Shown here: positions 25,911 to 38,864 of the stretch, piece by piece
Layout: every line of letters starts with the position of its first letter
Position numbering within the stretch: the first letter of the stretch is position 1
Assembly (NCBI RefSeq): GCF_006345805.1
Contig: NW_021832612.1
Span: 1 to 64,000 of the forward strand
DNA from: Octopus sinensis
Taxonomy: Eukaryota
Reading direction: 5' to 3'
DNA: 64,000 nucleotides
The notes under the pieces: generated by a model
Seen by the model: only the letters and a program-made list of their open reading frames with translations
Told to the model about the DNA's origin: nothing
The model's database searches: none
Program-made: the position numbers and the translations under genes

Positions 25911-28425
25911 GGGCCCCTAGTCTGTCTATGAAGATAGCTTCCTCATAGACAGACTAGGACCCCAAATTAACAACATGCTGGTTATTTTCAGCCAGTATAT
26001 TATTCAGCTACATCTGGGTGCGTGTATAGCGGTATGGCTACCAAGTTTCTCTTATGTTATATTTTATAGCATATATTTTCTAGTTAGTTTGTTTACAGTT
26101 AATGCAACGCTACTTATTATGTTTCCTATTTGGAAATAGATAAAATTATTTAGCTTTTAAAGTAGGGATATATAATGATAAGACCGTCACTTATAACTTA
26201 AGTGTTATCATTATACGCAGTCCTAACTACAGCTATATAAATGCCGTAGAGAAATATACTTTCTGGAACGCTAACGAACATTAGCGGGCATGTATATTAA
26301 ATATATTTTCGTGTTCTTTTGACTGCTATAAAAAGTACAGTTTAATAATTACAGAAATACATTTCATATATAGTTTAAGAACTTCCTGCATGGATGGTAG
26401 TCCAGGGATCATTCTCAAATTATCTTCAGTTCATTTTTTTATCGTCCCAAGTGCTTCTACAATCACTGGTATTGTAACCGTCTCGTGATGCCATCTTTGC
26501 TCCTACTACTGTGTGGAATTATTAAATATTGTTTAGTTTCGACTTTTGTCTTGTACTTGAGATTATCAAAAATATGTGAGGGCTGGAGGTGATTGTAGGA
26601 GAAAGAGGAGTAGCTTAGGGGTGGGGCGGATTTTTTTGAATTTTCCTTTCCTTTCTTTTAGGTTTCGCGAGTCGGACATCTTTACAGAAGTTTCCTCATT
26701 TAAACTTGCAGTTTTGATACAACCATTTGGTTTATTTTTGTCTTGTTTTTTCTTAATCTTAAATCTATTATTCAAGAAGGATATTGTCATTTTAAGAACA
26801 CAAGTGTTTGGAACTGAATTGGAACTGGTTATATGATAAAGAGCGTGGTTGGATAGCTTAGAAATTCCTCTCAAAATCGCGTGACCCTAAAACACAGTAT
26901 TTTCGGCTAGTACATTTTACCATCATCTCAAGTCGACCAAAGCTTTGTAAGTGAAATTACAGAGAAACTGTGTAGAATCCTGTCCAGTTGGTAACAGTTG
27001 TAATTTAAAGGTGAAACCGTGTCGCATTGTCTCAATCTGATTCTATCTGAGAATGTTCTGTGACTTGTACACTAATTCAATGAGTAAGTTGTCCTGAGGA
27101 TCGAATTCATCGTCGAAATCAACGGAGATCCACGTAATCATCATATCAAATGTATTTTCATAATTCTTCTCAAATTCTTATCGTCAGTTCTATGTTAGTA
27201 AGATTTCTACTTTGTAATTAACCTTGTTAATTTCTGAGAGTGTGCAAGAGATCGTGAAATTGTTTAAATTGCTGATATCATCATTTACCGTTGATTACCA
27301 ATATGTTAGAATGCTGAACATCCTTTGCTACACTGCTTATAGTGTCCCTTCGTTCGGATCTTCTATTGATTTCTGTATACGTTCTAAAATCTCGTCAGCT
27401 TAATAGGAATTTATCCGACTGATACAGCAACAGAAAAAAGAATAATATTCCTCACGGTCATTAGATGTGTGTGTGTGTGTGTGTGTGTGTCCACATCCAT
27501 TTTATTTAGAATTCTCTTTTGAATTTTGTTTGTTTGGAATTATATTTCTCCCAAATTTCGCGACAAAAGTTTGCAGTAATACTCATACCAAAGCACCTCA
27601 AATTCCAGCCCTTAAAAACCGTTCTCTGCCCCTCACTCTATTTTATATACTTCCCCTTTCGCTAATTGACCCCCACTTCATTTATCGTTACATACATACA
27701 CGTTGCACACATACACGCCACACACACACGCGCGCGCGCGCGCGACCGCACACAAATTCACACAGGCATACACGTGAATACGTGGACGATAATCTTCTCA
27801 ACAGAAGTGTTACAACCATTTCCGGTTGTTTATATGCGTCAACCCTGTGTATGTCTATTGCTGGTATATTATTGTCACGTAATACAGCCTGGAATGAAAT
27901 GGAGAATAGCGAGGAGACTCCGGAAAGGAGATACAGAAAAGGAGATTAAGGAGAGAAAGACAAAGAGAACAGAGATCAGATTTCGGTGAGGAACAACTGG
28001 AAGCTACACAGAAAGCAGATTGTGGCTATTGGTTAAACCGAAGAGGAAGAACATGCACGCTAAGAAGTAAGGCCTCTGACGATCGTAAATATTGCTTGTA
28101 ACAGAGATTGCAGTGCCGGCAGGAGAAGACATAGATTACCAGCTGTCAATGAAATTTCTATATTTTCGAGACATTCCCATGGACAGGCTCCATTCAATAA
28201 AGATTTTCGAGTTTATCCACAAAAATAATGATGTGTCACTGATTAATCTAAACGTTTTCAAGTCGAAATTGAGCCCGAAGACATACTTTGTTTTTCTCCT
28301 TTCCGTGAACCAGGATGGCAACAAAAAATGGTAGAACTATTCCATATTTTAGTGATGAGGAATTCTGTACATTGGTTATATTATTAGGAAGGATATGTGT
28401 CCTCGGGCATATATATATATATATA

Positions 28426-28498
28426 GCCACGGGAATATAGCGTAATGGTTAAGGGCGCGGGCTACTATCCTCAAGATTCCAAGTTCAATTCCAGGCTG
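28426..28498 (+). mobile_element. Isolated tRNA-like SINE head followed by (TAA)n
   Basis: tagcgtaatggttaagggcgcggg...aagttcaattccagg has A- and B-box-like motifs; no convincing acceptor stem. Confidence 0.55.
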
Positions 28499-28502
28499 TA
28501 TA

Positions 28503-28574
<72 letters not shown>

Positions 28575-28581
<7 letters not shown>

Positions 28582-28929
28582 GATATGGCATGCCCTGTTG
28601 ACAAACTATGCAATAAAGAATAAAGAAATGTCGATAGATATGACAGGTTAACTAGGGAGCTTAAGTAGTTGTTTTCGATGAAAATGGTGGTAGTAGTACC
28701 AGTAATTGTCGGGGTCCTGGGAACAGTGAGTAAAAATCTTGAGAAGTCCATGGAACAAATAGAGGCGGCAATAAAGGAGGAGAACTTGCATAAAACAGCA
28801 CTACTTGGAATTGTTAGAATACTCTGGATGGTGAGTGAAAAATAAGAGGTGTTACCTTAGTTCACTGGTAATGAACAGCTAACACCGTAATAGATTTCCA
28901 GCGTGAGAAGCTGTGCAAAGACAATAATT

Positions 28930-28965
<36 letters not shown>

Positions 28966-29312
28966 GATATGGCATGCCCTGTTGACAACTATGCAATAAA
29001 GAATAAAGAAATGTCGATAGATATGACAGGTTAACTAGGGAGCTTAAGTAGTTGTTTTCGATGAAAATGGTGGTAGTAGTACCAGTAATTGTCGGGGTCC
29101 TGGGAACAGTGAGTAAAAATCTTGAGAAGTCCATGGAACAAATAGAGGCGGCAATAAAGGAGGAGAACTTGCATAAAACAGCACTACTTGGAATTGTTAG
29201 AATACTCTGGATGGTGAGTGAAAAATAAGAGGTGTTACCTTAGTTCACTGGTAATGAACAGCTAACACCGTAATAGATTTCCAGCGTGAGAAGCTGTGCA
29301 AAGACAATAATT

Positions 29313-29330
<18 letters not shown>
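28575..29330 (+). repeat. Two tandem, nearly identical copies (about 383 bp) of a Dong-type 3' end, separated and flanked by (TAA)n
   Basis: Units start agatatggcatgccctgttgac at 28581 and about 28965 and encode a degenerate IDMACP...VVPVIVGVLG...LHKTALLG. The only difference seen is one nucleotide (gacaaac versus gacaac). Confidence 0.9.
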
Positions 29331-29394
<64 letters not shown>

Positions 29395-30137
29395 ATAATA
29401 ATAATAATAAAACTATAATAATAATAATAACAACAACACCAGCAAAAATACCTGAGGAAGGCTGGAGAGTAAATCAACCGAAGCGTTATGGTAATAATAA
29501 ACAAGATGTGGCCTCATATCCGTCCATGTAAATAATGAATAAATGGTAGGAAATATTCTCAATCGATGGAACATCACATTGTTGCCGCAGAGTAGTCAAA
29601 CATGAGTAGATCAATCCCATTATTCAAGGGTGGGGGGGGGGGGATCTTCCAGCATTGCGCGGTAGACTTCTGCTTACAAGTGGAAGCCAATAACCTGGAT
29701 TTTATCATGAAACAACAACAAATATTGAACGTGGAACTTTACAAAAGCTCAGATGATCATCTAAATAAGGTTGCGCATAATACTGGTTTTCGGGCTGGAC
29801 ACACACATACACTTATTCATCCGTCTTCATTCCAAGAATTTCCAAGAAACATGCAAGAATGGTATTACGAGGCAATGGCTTTAGTAAGGCAACATGGCTC
29901 GCCTGATATTTTCATTTTATAACATTTAATCCAATTGACAAGAAATTAAGGATAACTTATTTCATGAACAAAATCCCTCAAACAGAACAGATTTTGGAAC
30001 ATAGTGTTTCAAACTGAAAGAAATATAACTTTTGAATGACGTTAAAATAAAACACATTTTCTATAGAGTTGTTTGCTCGTTTGCTCACCATTGAGTATCG
30101 GAAGAAACGATTGCCATGTGGCCATACCTTAGTAATA

Positions 30138-32543
30138 TGATGTGGAAGGATTCCGACCATCCTACCAAGTGACTAAAGGTGGGTTGACTCATTGTTATAA
30201 AACAAAAGAACTGTGAGCGATTGGTAGTTTGGGTTGGCAAGCAGTTCACTGTGAGCCGTGATTGAGTGCATTGAATCTCGTGTAACAGTAATAGTAGTGC
30301 ATCGTGTAAATACTTTATTTGCCCCAGGATATAAAAGTAGCGATGAGTTGTTCGAAGCTTGCGTTGGACGTTTGAATTTTTTTTTTTAAGGAAACCAAAG
30401 AAATAATCGTTTTAGCATGGACGACTTATTGTCCTCTGTGATGCAGTTGCAACAGCAGCAGCAGCGATAACAACAGAAACTAAAGCAGAAACTACAGCAG
30501 CAACTGCAGCAGCAGAAGCAAGTACAACAGCAACAACAGTGGAGGCGCAATGGCCCAGTGGTTAGGGCAGCAGGCTCGCTGTCGGAGGATCGCGGTTTCG
30601 ATTCCCAGACCGGGCGTTGTGTGTGTTTATTGAGCGAAAATACCTAAAGCTTGTACTCTTTCTCTCCAACTTTCTCTCACTCTTTCTTCCTGTTTCTTAT
30701 TCCGACTTCCTACGCAACCGCTGAGCCTGGATGTACAATCATCCATCTGTCGATGATTTCTGTGTCAGGGGTTGACCTGCTTTCTCTTCTGCGGGTCTTA
30801 CGAATAGCAAAGGACCACGTTTCGGACTTCTCCCACTCTGGGACAAAGACCGCTTGGCTCAACAAACAAACAAACAAACAGCAACAACAACAAAACTAAC
30901 AGTTACTGAAACTAATATTGAAGAATTCCGAAAATACTTCAGGTTCGTTCTCGCCAGACAGCGTAACAAGCTCAATTGAACAATTTAATTACAATCCAGA
31001 AGGGATTATCTTCTCTGCATATTTTCGAAGATACGAGGAAATCTTCAAAGAAGAAAACAAAAGTTGGTGCGACGATAAAAAAAAATACAAATGCGTTTAA
31101 GAATGCTATCTCTAGCCGAATACGAGAAATATGGTAATTGTTTTCTGCCGAAGAAACCTGGTGATATTTGTTTCGACGAAGCAATATTTTATCGAAAATT
31201 TTCAATGAAAGAAGTTTCCTCTTCAATACTCGCTGGCAATGTTTAAATTGGGTCAGAAACGCTGCTGAAGATTTCGTCACCTATGTCGGAGAGTTTAACA
31301 GAGAGTGTGAGAAATTAAAATTGAATGGGTTGACCCCGGACGTGTTCAAGTGTTTAGTTTTTTGTTCAAAGGTTTTCTACAAACAACGATGCAGATATAC
31401 GCTCCCAGATATTGAAAAGTTAGAAAGCAGAAGTATATCAGAGGATTATAAATCTACGACACAACGCAGATAAACTTGAAGCAAAAGATTAATCTCATGT
31501 TTAAGCGAATCTACCGGTAACAGATAAGAAAAAAGAGAAAAATATATAAAGACCGAAAACATGTTGTGGGTGATGTGGTCTACGTTTTAAAAGTAACTGT
31601 CCGTTTAAAAATATTAAATGTTTCAAGTGTGGCCGAATAGGTTATAAAAAATCACACTGTAAAACAAAACGTCGTAAATGGTTCAACAGAAAAATAACGT
31701 CAACCGGTTATCGGTGACAAGACATACGAAAGTGCTCCAAAGGAAATTTTTGTACGTAAAAAGTAATAACACAAACGTAAAGTTACGCTTGGATGCGGAC
31801 AGCGATATCTCGATAATTAACACAGATACATGATTAAATGAAACTTCAAACATTGCCCGTGGTGTTTCATGCAAAAAATTATATTTTAAGGGCGAATTTA
31901 TAAGAGACACTACGTTTCGTTAAAAAACCTTAAAAGCCAAAGTTTTTGTGTTAAATAATACGACAAATTTAATCGGAACTGACCGGATGGAATTATTTAG
32001 CTTATGGGACCTTCTTACAGATCTTTTCTCCAAGACTGTGAGTGGTTTTATTTCCCATAGCACAATAAGTCGTTAGTAGAACTGAAAATAATTTTTTTTT
32101 AAATTAAACAGTAGCAAGATTTTTTCTAAATTGGATCTCTCTGACGCGTACCTACAAATTAGAGTATACGATGAATGCTCTAAATACATAACAATTAACA
32201 CACAGGAAAGACTGTATAAATACAACAGGTTACAATTTGGCTTAAAAGTCACACCAGCGATTTTTCAAGAGATTTTGGATGCAATATTAGCGGACTGTGA
32301 ATTTTTGACTCCATACCTGGATAATATACTCATTAAAAAAACGAATCCAGGGATGAACACGTAGAGCACGTAAAATATGTACTCGAAAAAATTAGATTAT
32401 TACGTCCTTAATTGAGTGTATCGATTGGCAGTTCAAGTTGGCAAGCAGTTCACTGTGAGCCGTGATTGAGAGCGTTGAGACTCAGGTAATAGTAATAGTA
32501 GTGAGAAGTTGTTAAATTATATATCGAACACAAGGATATAAAA
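30138..32543 (+). mobile_element. Degenerate Ty3/Gypsy LTR retrotransposon with LTRs, PBS and 5-bp TSD
   Basis: 5' LTR 30138-30336 and partial 3' LTR about 32420-32543 share ttggcaagcagttcactgtgagccgtgattgag and the end ggatataaaa. PBS-like gtagcgatgag at 30337. TSD TAATA at 30133-30137 and 32544-32548. Gag (FSAYFRRYEEIF), knuckle CFKCGRIGYKKSHC, protease LDADSDISII, RT DLSDAYLQI...YLDNILI. Confidence 0.9.
30540..30880 (+). mobile_element. tRNA-derived SINE inserted into the CAG/CAA poly-Gln tract of the Gypsy gag
   Basis: Head ggaggcgcaatggcccagtggttagggc...ggtttcgattccc (A/B boxes) and an (AAAC)n tail. CAG/CAA repeats lie on both sides. Confidence 0.8.
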
Positions 32544-33800
32544 TAATATTACATGCAGATGACTCGTTGCAAATAGATCAGATTGTTTGCAGCAGCGAAG
32601 TTTCTGTCGTAGAAACTGAGCATTTGTTTCATGATATTCTAAAACAACACGCATGAAACATGGGCCTGAGAGTGAAAGACACCTGAGAGGATGTTGCATG
32701 GTGAACGGACACTGTCAAAGAAGATTCCTAGCGAATATCTTGAAGAAACATGAGCAAACGACAATGGTTATCCATGCTACAGGTGACGCCAAGGAGGGAC
32801 GATACAAGTTACTAAAGTTAATAATAGGTGTGTAATCCTCAATAGAAAGGACCAATGTCGTACTTTCAAAGCGCATGTAAATATGCAAATATGTCCGACT
32901 ACCAAGTCAATGAAATACATATTCGAGTAACTCTATAAAGGCTACAAGAACATTAAATTTAATATAAGTAAATGAAAGATGGACGTTGAAGTTGTACATG
33001 ATGAAAATATATAACAGACCCCATGCTATTATACTCGCTGCCAGTGCAACAGCAAGAATCTTTCTTTTACGGAGAAAGTAATGAGAAAGAAGCGTTAGAG
33101 CGAGAGAAGAGAGAAGAGCTGCCCGTCGTAACACGCCTCTACCATCATGGTTTGTCCTTAGTAAATGATACAGAAATACAAGACGCCGGTTGCATATTGA
33201 TATTCCTTATCATTATGTGTGTGACAAAGGGATGACTGTTTGGAAACTACACGAGAGATGAGAAGAGAGAATTATTTCAAGACTTTAGTTTCCAAGTCCA
33301 AAGCAAAAAGAAATATTTTATCTGAGATTGTTATTGTTACCTGTTGAAGGAGCTCGCATTTTTTGACGATCTTAAAATAGCTGATGGTGTATGATATAAG
33401 TTGGCATGAAATAGCTGTCATCGTTTTAATAACGCAAGTGGAAATATACTTTATAAATGAGTGCGACCCTTTAGTTTCAACTCACAGCGGGAAATGTCAC
33501 ATTTAAGAATTATTGGAATTTTTAAAAGAATGAAAAACGGCAAAGTCTTTAGATACGAAATTTATCAATGGTTGCTTTAATTGTTTTTGATAAAGTTGTT
33601 GGTATTTTTGTATAGTAGTATAAACATGCATACGCATACACATGCAAAAGCACACACACATACACACACGTACATGCACATGCATTCACACAGACCGGCA
33701 CGCACACACACATACACACACATATATATTTATATGTATCATCTGGTGATCTTATGCCCTCTCAATCGTTAAGTCAATACCTTTTCACCCGGAGTATCTT

Positions 33801-33837
33801 TATAAAGTGTATTGAATAGATACAAACACTCCAGTTG
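33801..33837 (+). promoter_or_regulatory. Candidate core promoter of the PAN gene: TATAAA plus initiator-like CCAGTT
   Basis: TATAAA at 33801-33806 lies about 30 nt before ctccAgtt (33833) and about 165 nt before the ATG. Alternatively, the acceptor-like ttttcgacag at 33943 could mark an upstream non-coding exon. Confidence 0.4.
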
Positions 33838-33969
33838 TGGAATACAATGCCAGCTAATAGTGATAAATCGATACGAAGTTCATATAATGATTATCTTTCA
33901 TTAAGAGGATAAATTCAAGCAAGTTACATCTCGTTTTCGACAGCCATTTCTACCTAGAAAACAGACAGG

Positions 33970-34000
33970 ATGTTGAGGAGGAATTATATTCGAATTATTT
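33970..34000 (+). CDS. Coding exon 1 of the complete PAN gene (start of signal peptide)
   Basis: aggATG context; MLRRNYIRII plus 1 nt, then donor gtaagt. Joins in phase to 37234 to give MLRRNYIRIIFLFYISLTFGNG. Confidence 0.7.
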
Positions 34001-34089
34001 GTAAGTAAATGTTTTATTGTATAATTAATATGCTTTTAATTTTTTAAGAATTTAGCCATCACGACTGAGACCCCACAAGAACACATTTT

Positions 34090-34109
34090 GTATATATATG
34101 TATATATAT

Positions 34110-34203
<94 letters not shown>
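34090..34203. repeat. (TA)n microsatellite
   Basis: Directly visible. Confidence 0.95.
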
Positions 34204-34206
<3 letters not shown>

Positions 34207-34368
34207 TTCAGCAAAAATATGGTACTTAAGTTGAGGGACCAGAATTTAGTACGGTATTATCCATACAATTTCAAATTAATGTGATTAAAATCAAAATAAG
34301 CAACAAGGATATTCAAAAATAATGCAATTTTCTCCTCTCTCTCTATTGTGGTAAAACTTTGGTATATA

Positions 34369-34889
34369 ACGTAAATCCTCGAGTATAATCCGCATTTTTT
34401 CCTAAAATCTAAAGATCAACATACCTAGTGCGTACTATATACGAGGTTAAAAATGAAAATTATTTTCTAAGCTATGTACGAGTCTCTATTTGCTCTCTGG
34501 CTATGTTTATTCAGACGCATTTTGTGATGTCGGGCGTGAAAATACCTTAAGCTAAACCTGAAAGCAATGAAGTCATAAAAGAATCATCCATAACTTGCAG
34601 TAAGCAACATTTCTTAAACGTTATTACTCTTATCTCTTTATTTTCTGCAAACAAAATGCACAAAAATACTACACGTTCCCACTATGTTATATATACAATA
34701 ATAATAAAGGACGTTACCATATACATTTTTACAAACAAAGGATGTTATATAGACCTCCTTGACTCAAGTTAGAGAAGGAGTGCATATTATACACAAGGTT
34801 TAGGTTTTTCAGAGGTACACCCCCCCCCAAAAAAAAAGAAAATCCCTGCATGTTATACTCAAGGGCGGACTATACTCGAGGATTTACGG
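34369..34889. mobile_element. Non-autonomous DNA transposon (MITE, pogo/Tigger-like) with about 25-bp TIRs and TA flanks
   Basis: Left end TA|acgtaaatcctcgagtataatccgc; right end gcggactatactcgaggatttacgg|TA, its reverse complement with 2 mismatches. Confidence 0.8.
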
Positions 34890-35859
34890 TACTCCAAATA
34901 TTCAAAGAAGTTTTATTCTTATGTTAAAATTTCATTCTTAATAATCTTCTTGATTACCCTAAATTTTAACTTTACACAATAAGACAATATCGTTTGAAAA
35001 GATCTTTAGAAATTACTTGATTTATCTCTTTCTTAAATGGCTCTACCCTCCGGATCTTAGTATTGACAAGGGCCTTTATATAAATAACCCTTCTAAACAA
35101 GTACAACTAAGAAACTATAAATATCATGTAGGGAGTAACAATATTAACTTCTTAAATCTATGATATAACACTTAATCAAAAAAAAAGATTAGTGTAAAAT
35201 ATGATTGTTCCATAACTTAAATATTCCTTTAGCTGACATCAAACATCAGTCTTCAATTCATATTAGCTAAATAAGTAAATATATAATTTTTAGTCTAATA
35301 TATTTTGAATTATTATATTTTTTCTAAAAATCATTTCTATTGGTGTTAATAAGCTACATATGATTTACCATAGTATTGGTAATTAAGCTATTTTATTTCC
35401 TTTTCTATGGTGTTCTGCCCTACATGATCATTTTATTGTATTTCTTTATTATTTTATAGCCTTTATTTATAAAATTAATTCTAATTTTTGTATCTCTATA
35501 AATTCATACTATACTGGTATATTCACTACTTATAAAAAAAACCCGCTTAGATTATAATTTTGTTTATATATAATTAACATGTTCCTTTGCTTCAATACTC
35601 CTTTATTAATACCAGTTTATACCAATTAATCAATATTTTATTCACCACTGAGTATCACAAGGAACGATTGTCATGTGACTATATCTTAATAATGTTACAT
35701 GCAGACGACCCGTTGACACAACAATATTTCTCTGAAGAGAAACGTTTGCGTAACCAAATTCTTGCCAAAATGAAAGACTACGGTGCGTGGAAACAATTTT
35801 AGGGTTTACAAATAAATGTTCCTTCGTATTCCTTCTTTTTGACTCCAACTTATGCAATT

Positions 35860-36021
35860 ATACATGTATGTATATATATGTATGTGTGTTTTTATATGTA
35901 TGCACATATATATACACATGTGTATACATACATTCATACATACATATATACATACATGCATACATGCATATATATATATATATATATATATATACATGCA
36001 TATATATATATATACATACAT

Positions 36022-36099
<78 letters not shown>

Positions 36100-36108
36100 A
36101 TATATTTT

Positions 36109-36140
<32 letters not shown>
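35860..36140. repeat. (TA)n/(CA)n/(CATA)n microsatellite
   Basis: Directly visible. Confidence 0.95.
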
Positions 36141-36144
<4 letters not shown>

Positions 36145-37233
36145 AATATTAGGGAATAAATCCAAATTTACAGGGAAAATCAGATTTAAGATTGAATCCA
36201 ATTTTATAGTAAAATATTATATAATATTAATTAGAGACAAAACCACTATTTTGCAAATCAAACAAAGAAAGACTTAATCCAATACATAAAAAAATTTTAA
36301 TATAAATTAAATAAAATTATATTCGCCACTACAATTGTCTCTTCTCAGGACATTCATCAGGTGGATTTCAGGTCTTCTATTCTATTTTAAGTTAGTGGGT
36401 GAATATTAACAGGACCTAATTCTTCTGAACAATGCCTTTTCCTTGTCCAGTTAGGTGAAAATTAATCAGGGATCGATGGTTGTTACTAGACTCCACAACA
36501 CTCACCCTCAGTGTTCGTTGATTGTCACTCATTTCCACGACACTCACTCTCTTGAGATATTGGCTATTTTTATGCCATCTCTATTACTTAAATCCAACAA
36601 GACTATTTTGAATCGTTGTGTAAAAGTCTGGTAGTTTAATATGGAAGAATTAGTTAATATAAATTTTATGTCGTAACTCTCTACGACAATTTTCTTTGAC
36701 TTCTAAATGTACTGTAAATATTAAATGTAAATAAATAAACTAATTTAGTAAATAATTTCTCTTTCTTCATTTTCTTCAACCTGTTAATGAGATTTATTTC
36801 TGTTTCAATGAAACTGTGGTTAATTCTACGAACAAGTTATACGTAATACTTTCACTAAAGTCTCTGAAGTGTCTAGAATGTTCTCTTCCAAAAAATACTG
36901 ATGCTTCTGATCTCGTTTGAAACAAATAACATTTCTTTTTCTTTCTTCCTCTTTTTCTATTTTTGCTACTCTCTCTTTTTATCTCACCCTCACTCCTCCT
37001 ACCCCTCTCTCTTCTGTTCCCTCTCTTTCTATCCATCACCAAATTATCGCACTCCCTCCTTATTTCAATGGATAATTTTATGGTGATGTAGTGGTGGTCA
37101 TCGCCGTATTTGTTACTGAATTATGCTTGTAGCACTTCTCTTTCTTATTCCTTTCATCTTCATTCTTTGTAAATTAATGTTAAACGTGAATATGAAATAT
37201 GAAATGCTTTTCCAAAATAAATTTTCATTGCAG

Positions 37234-37269
37234 TTCTCTTCTACATCTCACTGACATTTGGAAATGGAC
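37234..37269 (+). CDS. Coding exon 2 (36 nt, phase 1-1), hydrophobic second half of the signal peptide
   Basis: Acceptor ttttcattgcag and donor gtaagt; encodes (F)LFYISLTFGNG(L). Confidence 0.72.
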
Positions 37270-37827
37270 GTAAGTAAATTTATATCAATATATAGATATA
37301 TATCTATGAAAATTATGAAAATCACTACTGAAAACTTTAATTTATAAGTTCAGTGGAGGAAAATATTTTCCTTTTCTAAGTAAATTAGATGAAAAGAAAA
37401 CTCAAGATAAATCTCGTATTATGACGAATTCAATTCTTAACATAATTTCCATTGGTGATAATTCAGTTTTCCGTCAGTTTGTAAGCATTTTGTTAAATAA
37501 AACAAAGGGCTGGTATTAGGGGACATTCTTTACAACCGACAACCGTTAAACATTATAGTATATAACTTGTGAATCATTTAAATAATAGAATTAATTAAAC
37601 AGCATTTAAAACTCATTCGCAGTCATTTTCATTAAACAGATTATATATCCCAAGATGCTTTGTACCTTACAATATGGTAGTAACAACTCTATCACTTATT
37701 CCTGGTAAAAATATCAATGCTGATCCTCAAACATTTAATATTCTCTATCTTTATTATTATCTATTTTCACAATGTTTTATTTTCGTCTTCGTATTTTGGT
37801 TGTTAAATTTGCCTGGCTTTGTTACAG

Positions 37828-38085
37828 TTGAATATCTGAAGTATTTTATGAAAGTACCAAACTGTGCTCTGAAAGACGGTAAAACATTGATGACACTTGA
37901 CCTGGACGCCTTCAACTGTTCGAAGAGTTGTTTTGAAACTTCTGCATGTAAATCCTTCGTGAGCAGAACGATAAGTCCAAGCTGTATTTTATACGAAGAA
38001 GACTCAACAGAGAGGATGCTAATAAGTGAATATAATACCCATTTTTATCAGTTGAGAAGATCTGTGCCGACCAAGTATAGAGACG
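37828..38085 (+). CDS. Coding exon 3 (258 nt, phase 1-1), first PAN/Apple-like domain
   Basis: Acceptor ctttgttacag and donor G|gtaaac. Translation EYLKYFMKVPNCALKDGKTLMTLDLDAFNCSKSCFETSACKSFVSRTISPSCILYEEDSTERMLISEYNTHFYQLRRSVPTKYRD shows the C-x3-C-x5-C-x-SF...C-x-LY pattern. Confidence 0.82.
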
Positions 38086-38699
38086 GTAAACAAATTTGAA
38101 TCTTTTTGTGTTTATTTCATTCCTTGACTTGTATTCTATGTTTTAGTCCAAAGAGAGACAATACGGTTAGCATTTGAAAATTGACTGCGATTTCTCTGGT
38201 CGATGTAGATAAGCGTGAGTTGATAAATAATTGTTTGCAGAGTTTTCATTCCGGAGAGTTAAAGTTCTAATAAAGTTTTGAGTGATGTGTTTAGCAGAAA
38301 ATTTAGAAACGGATTGAGACACAAGATTACCGAGGAGGGAAGAGAAAATGTAAAGTTTTTTAAGACCTTTTTGTCATGTGACTAACAGAGAAGTTTCTCA
38401 ATATATTTGATGATGAAAATAATGCATGTCTGGTGTGTAATATTTGTGTATGGATGACATCAGTTTATGAGGGAGACGAAAAGGGATCTTAAAATAAAAC
38501 AGAATATGATAAGAGTTTTTAAAATTACGCACAATAATTACACAAGATGCTTAACTGAATGTGTAACTCAGATTTTATGTTTTAAAATATAAATCAAAGA
38601 TAATGGGAAAAAAGTAGGGTAACTTACTCACAAATGAGTGAAAACTCTCAAACTGGATCACATCAGAATTACCCACAATCTTGAGTAACACTCTATATT

Positions 38700-38845
38700 T
38701 CTCTCTCTCTCTCTCTCTCTCACTTTTTCTATATATCGTCTTCTCTTTCTCTCTCTCTCTTTCTTTCTCTTTCTCTCTCCCTCATTCATTCTCTCTCCCT
38801 CTCCATTCTCTCTCCCTCTCCATTCTCTCTCTTCTCTTTCTTTTC
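38700..38845. repeat. (CT)n-rich polypyrimidine tract
   Basis: Directly visible. Confidence 0.9.
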
Positions 38846-38864
38846 TATATATGTTATTCATGTC

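Larger units (their letters stand above)
23820..26660 (+). repeat. Segmental duplicate around the orphan PAN exon (partners 51800-55120 and 3550-4490)
   Basis: Collinear blocks: pre-exon intron, exon, GATA repeat, REL fragment; 25560-25997 matches 53830-54256 and 26385-26660 matches 54865-55120. Confidence 0.88.
29500..33400 (+). mobile_element. Degenerate Helitron (Rep domain) split by a Gypsy insertion
   Basis: Before the insertion: PSSFQEFPRNMQEWYYEAMALVRQHGSPDIFI and IEYRKKRLPCGHTLVI. After it: LHADDSLQIDQIVC, MKHGP...CMVNGHCQRRF, GYPCYR, AHVNMQIC...KSMKYIF..LYKG and YLRLLLLPVEGA. These follow canonical Helitron Rep motif order. Confidence 0.85.

Noticed and set aside
28426-30625. tRNA genes at 28426 and 30540 (also 17675 and 18088)
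   Set aside because: A/B boxes are present but no complete cloverleaf, and they run into SINE bodies or repeats, so they are treated as SINE heads.
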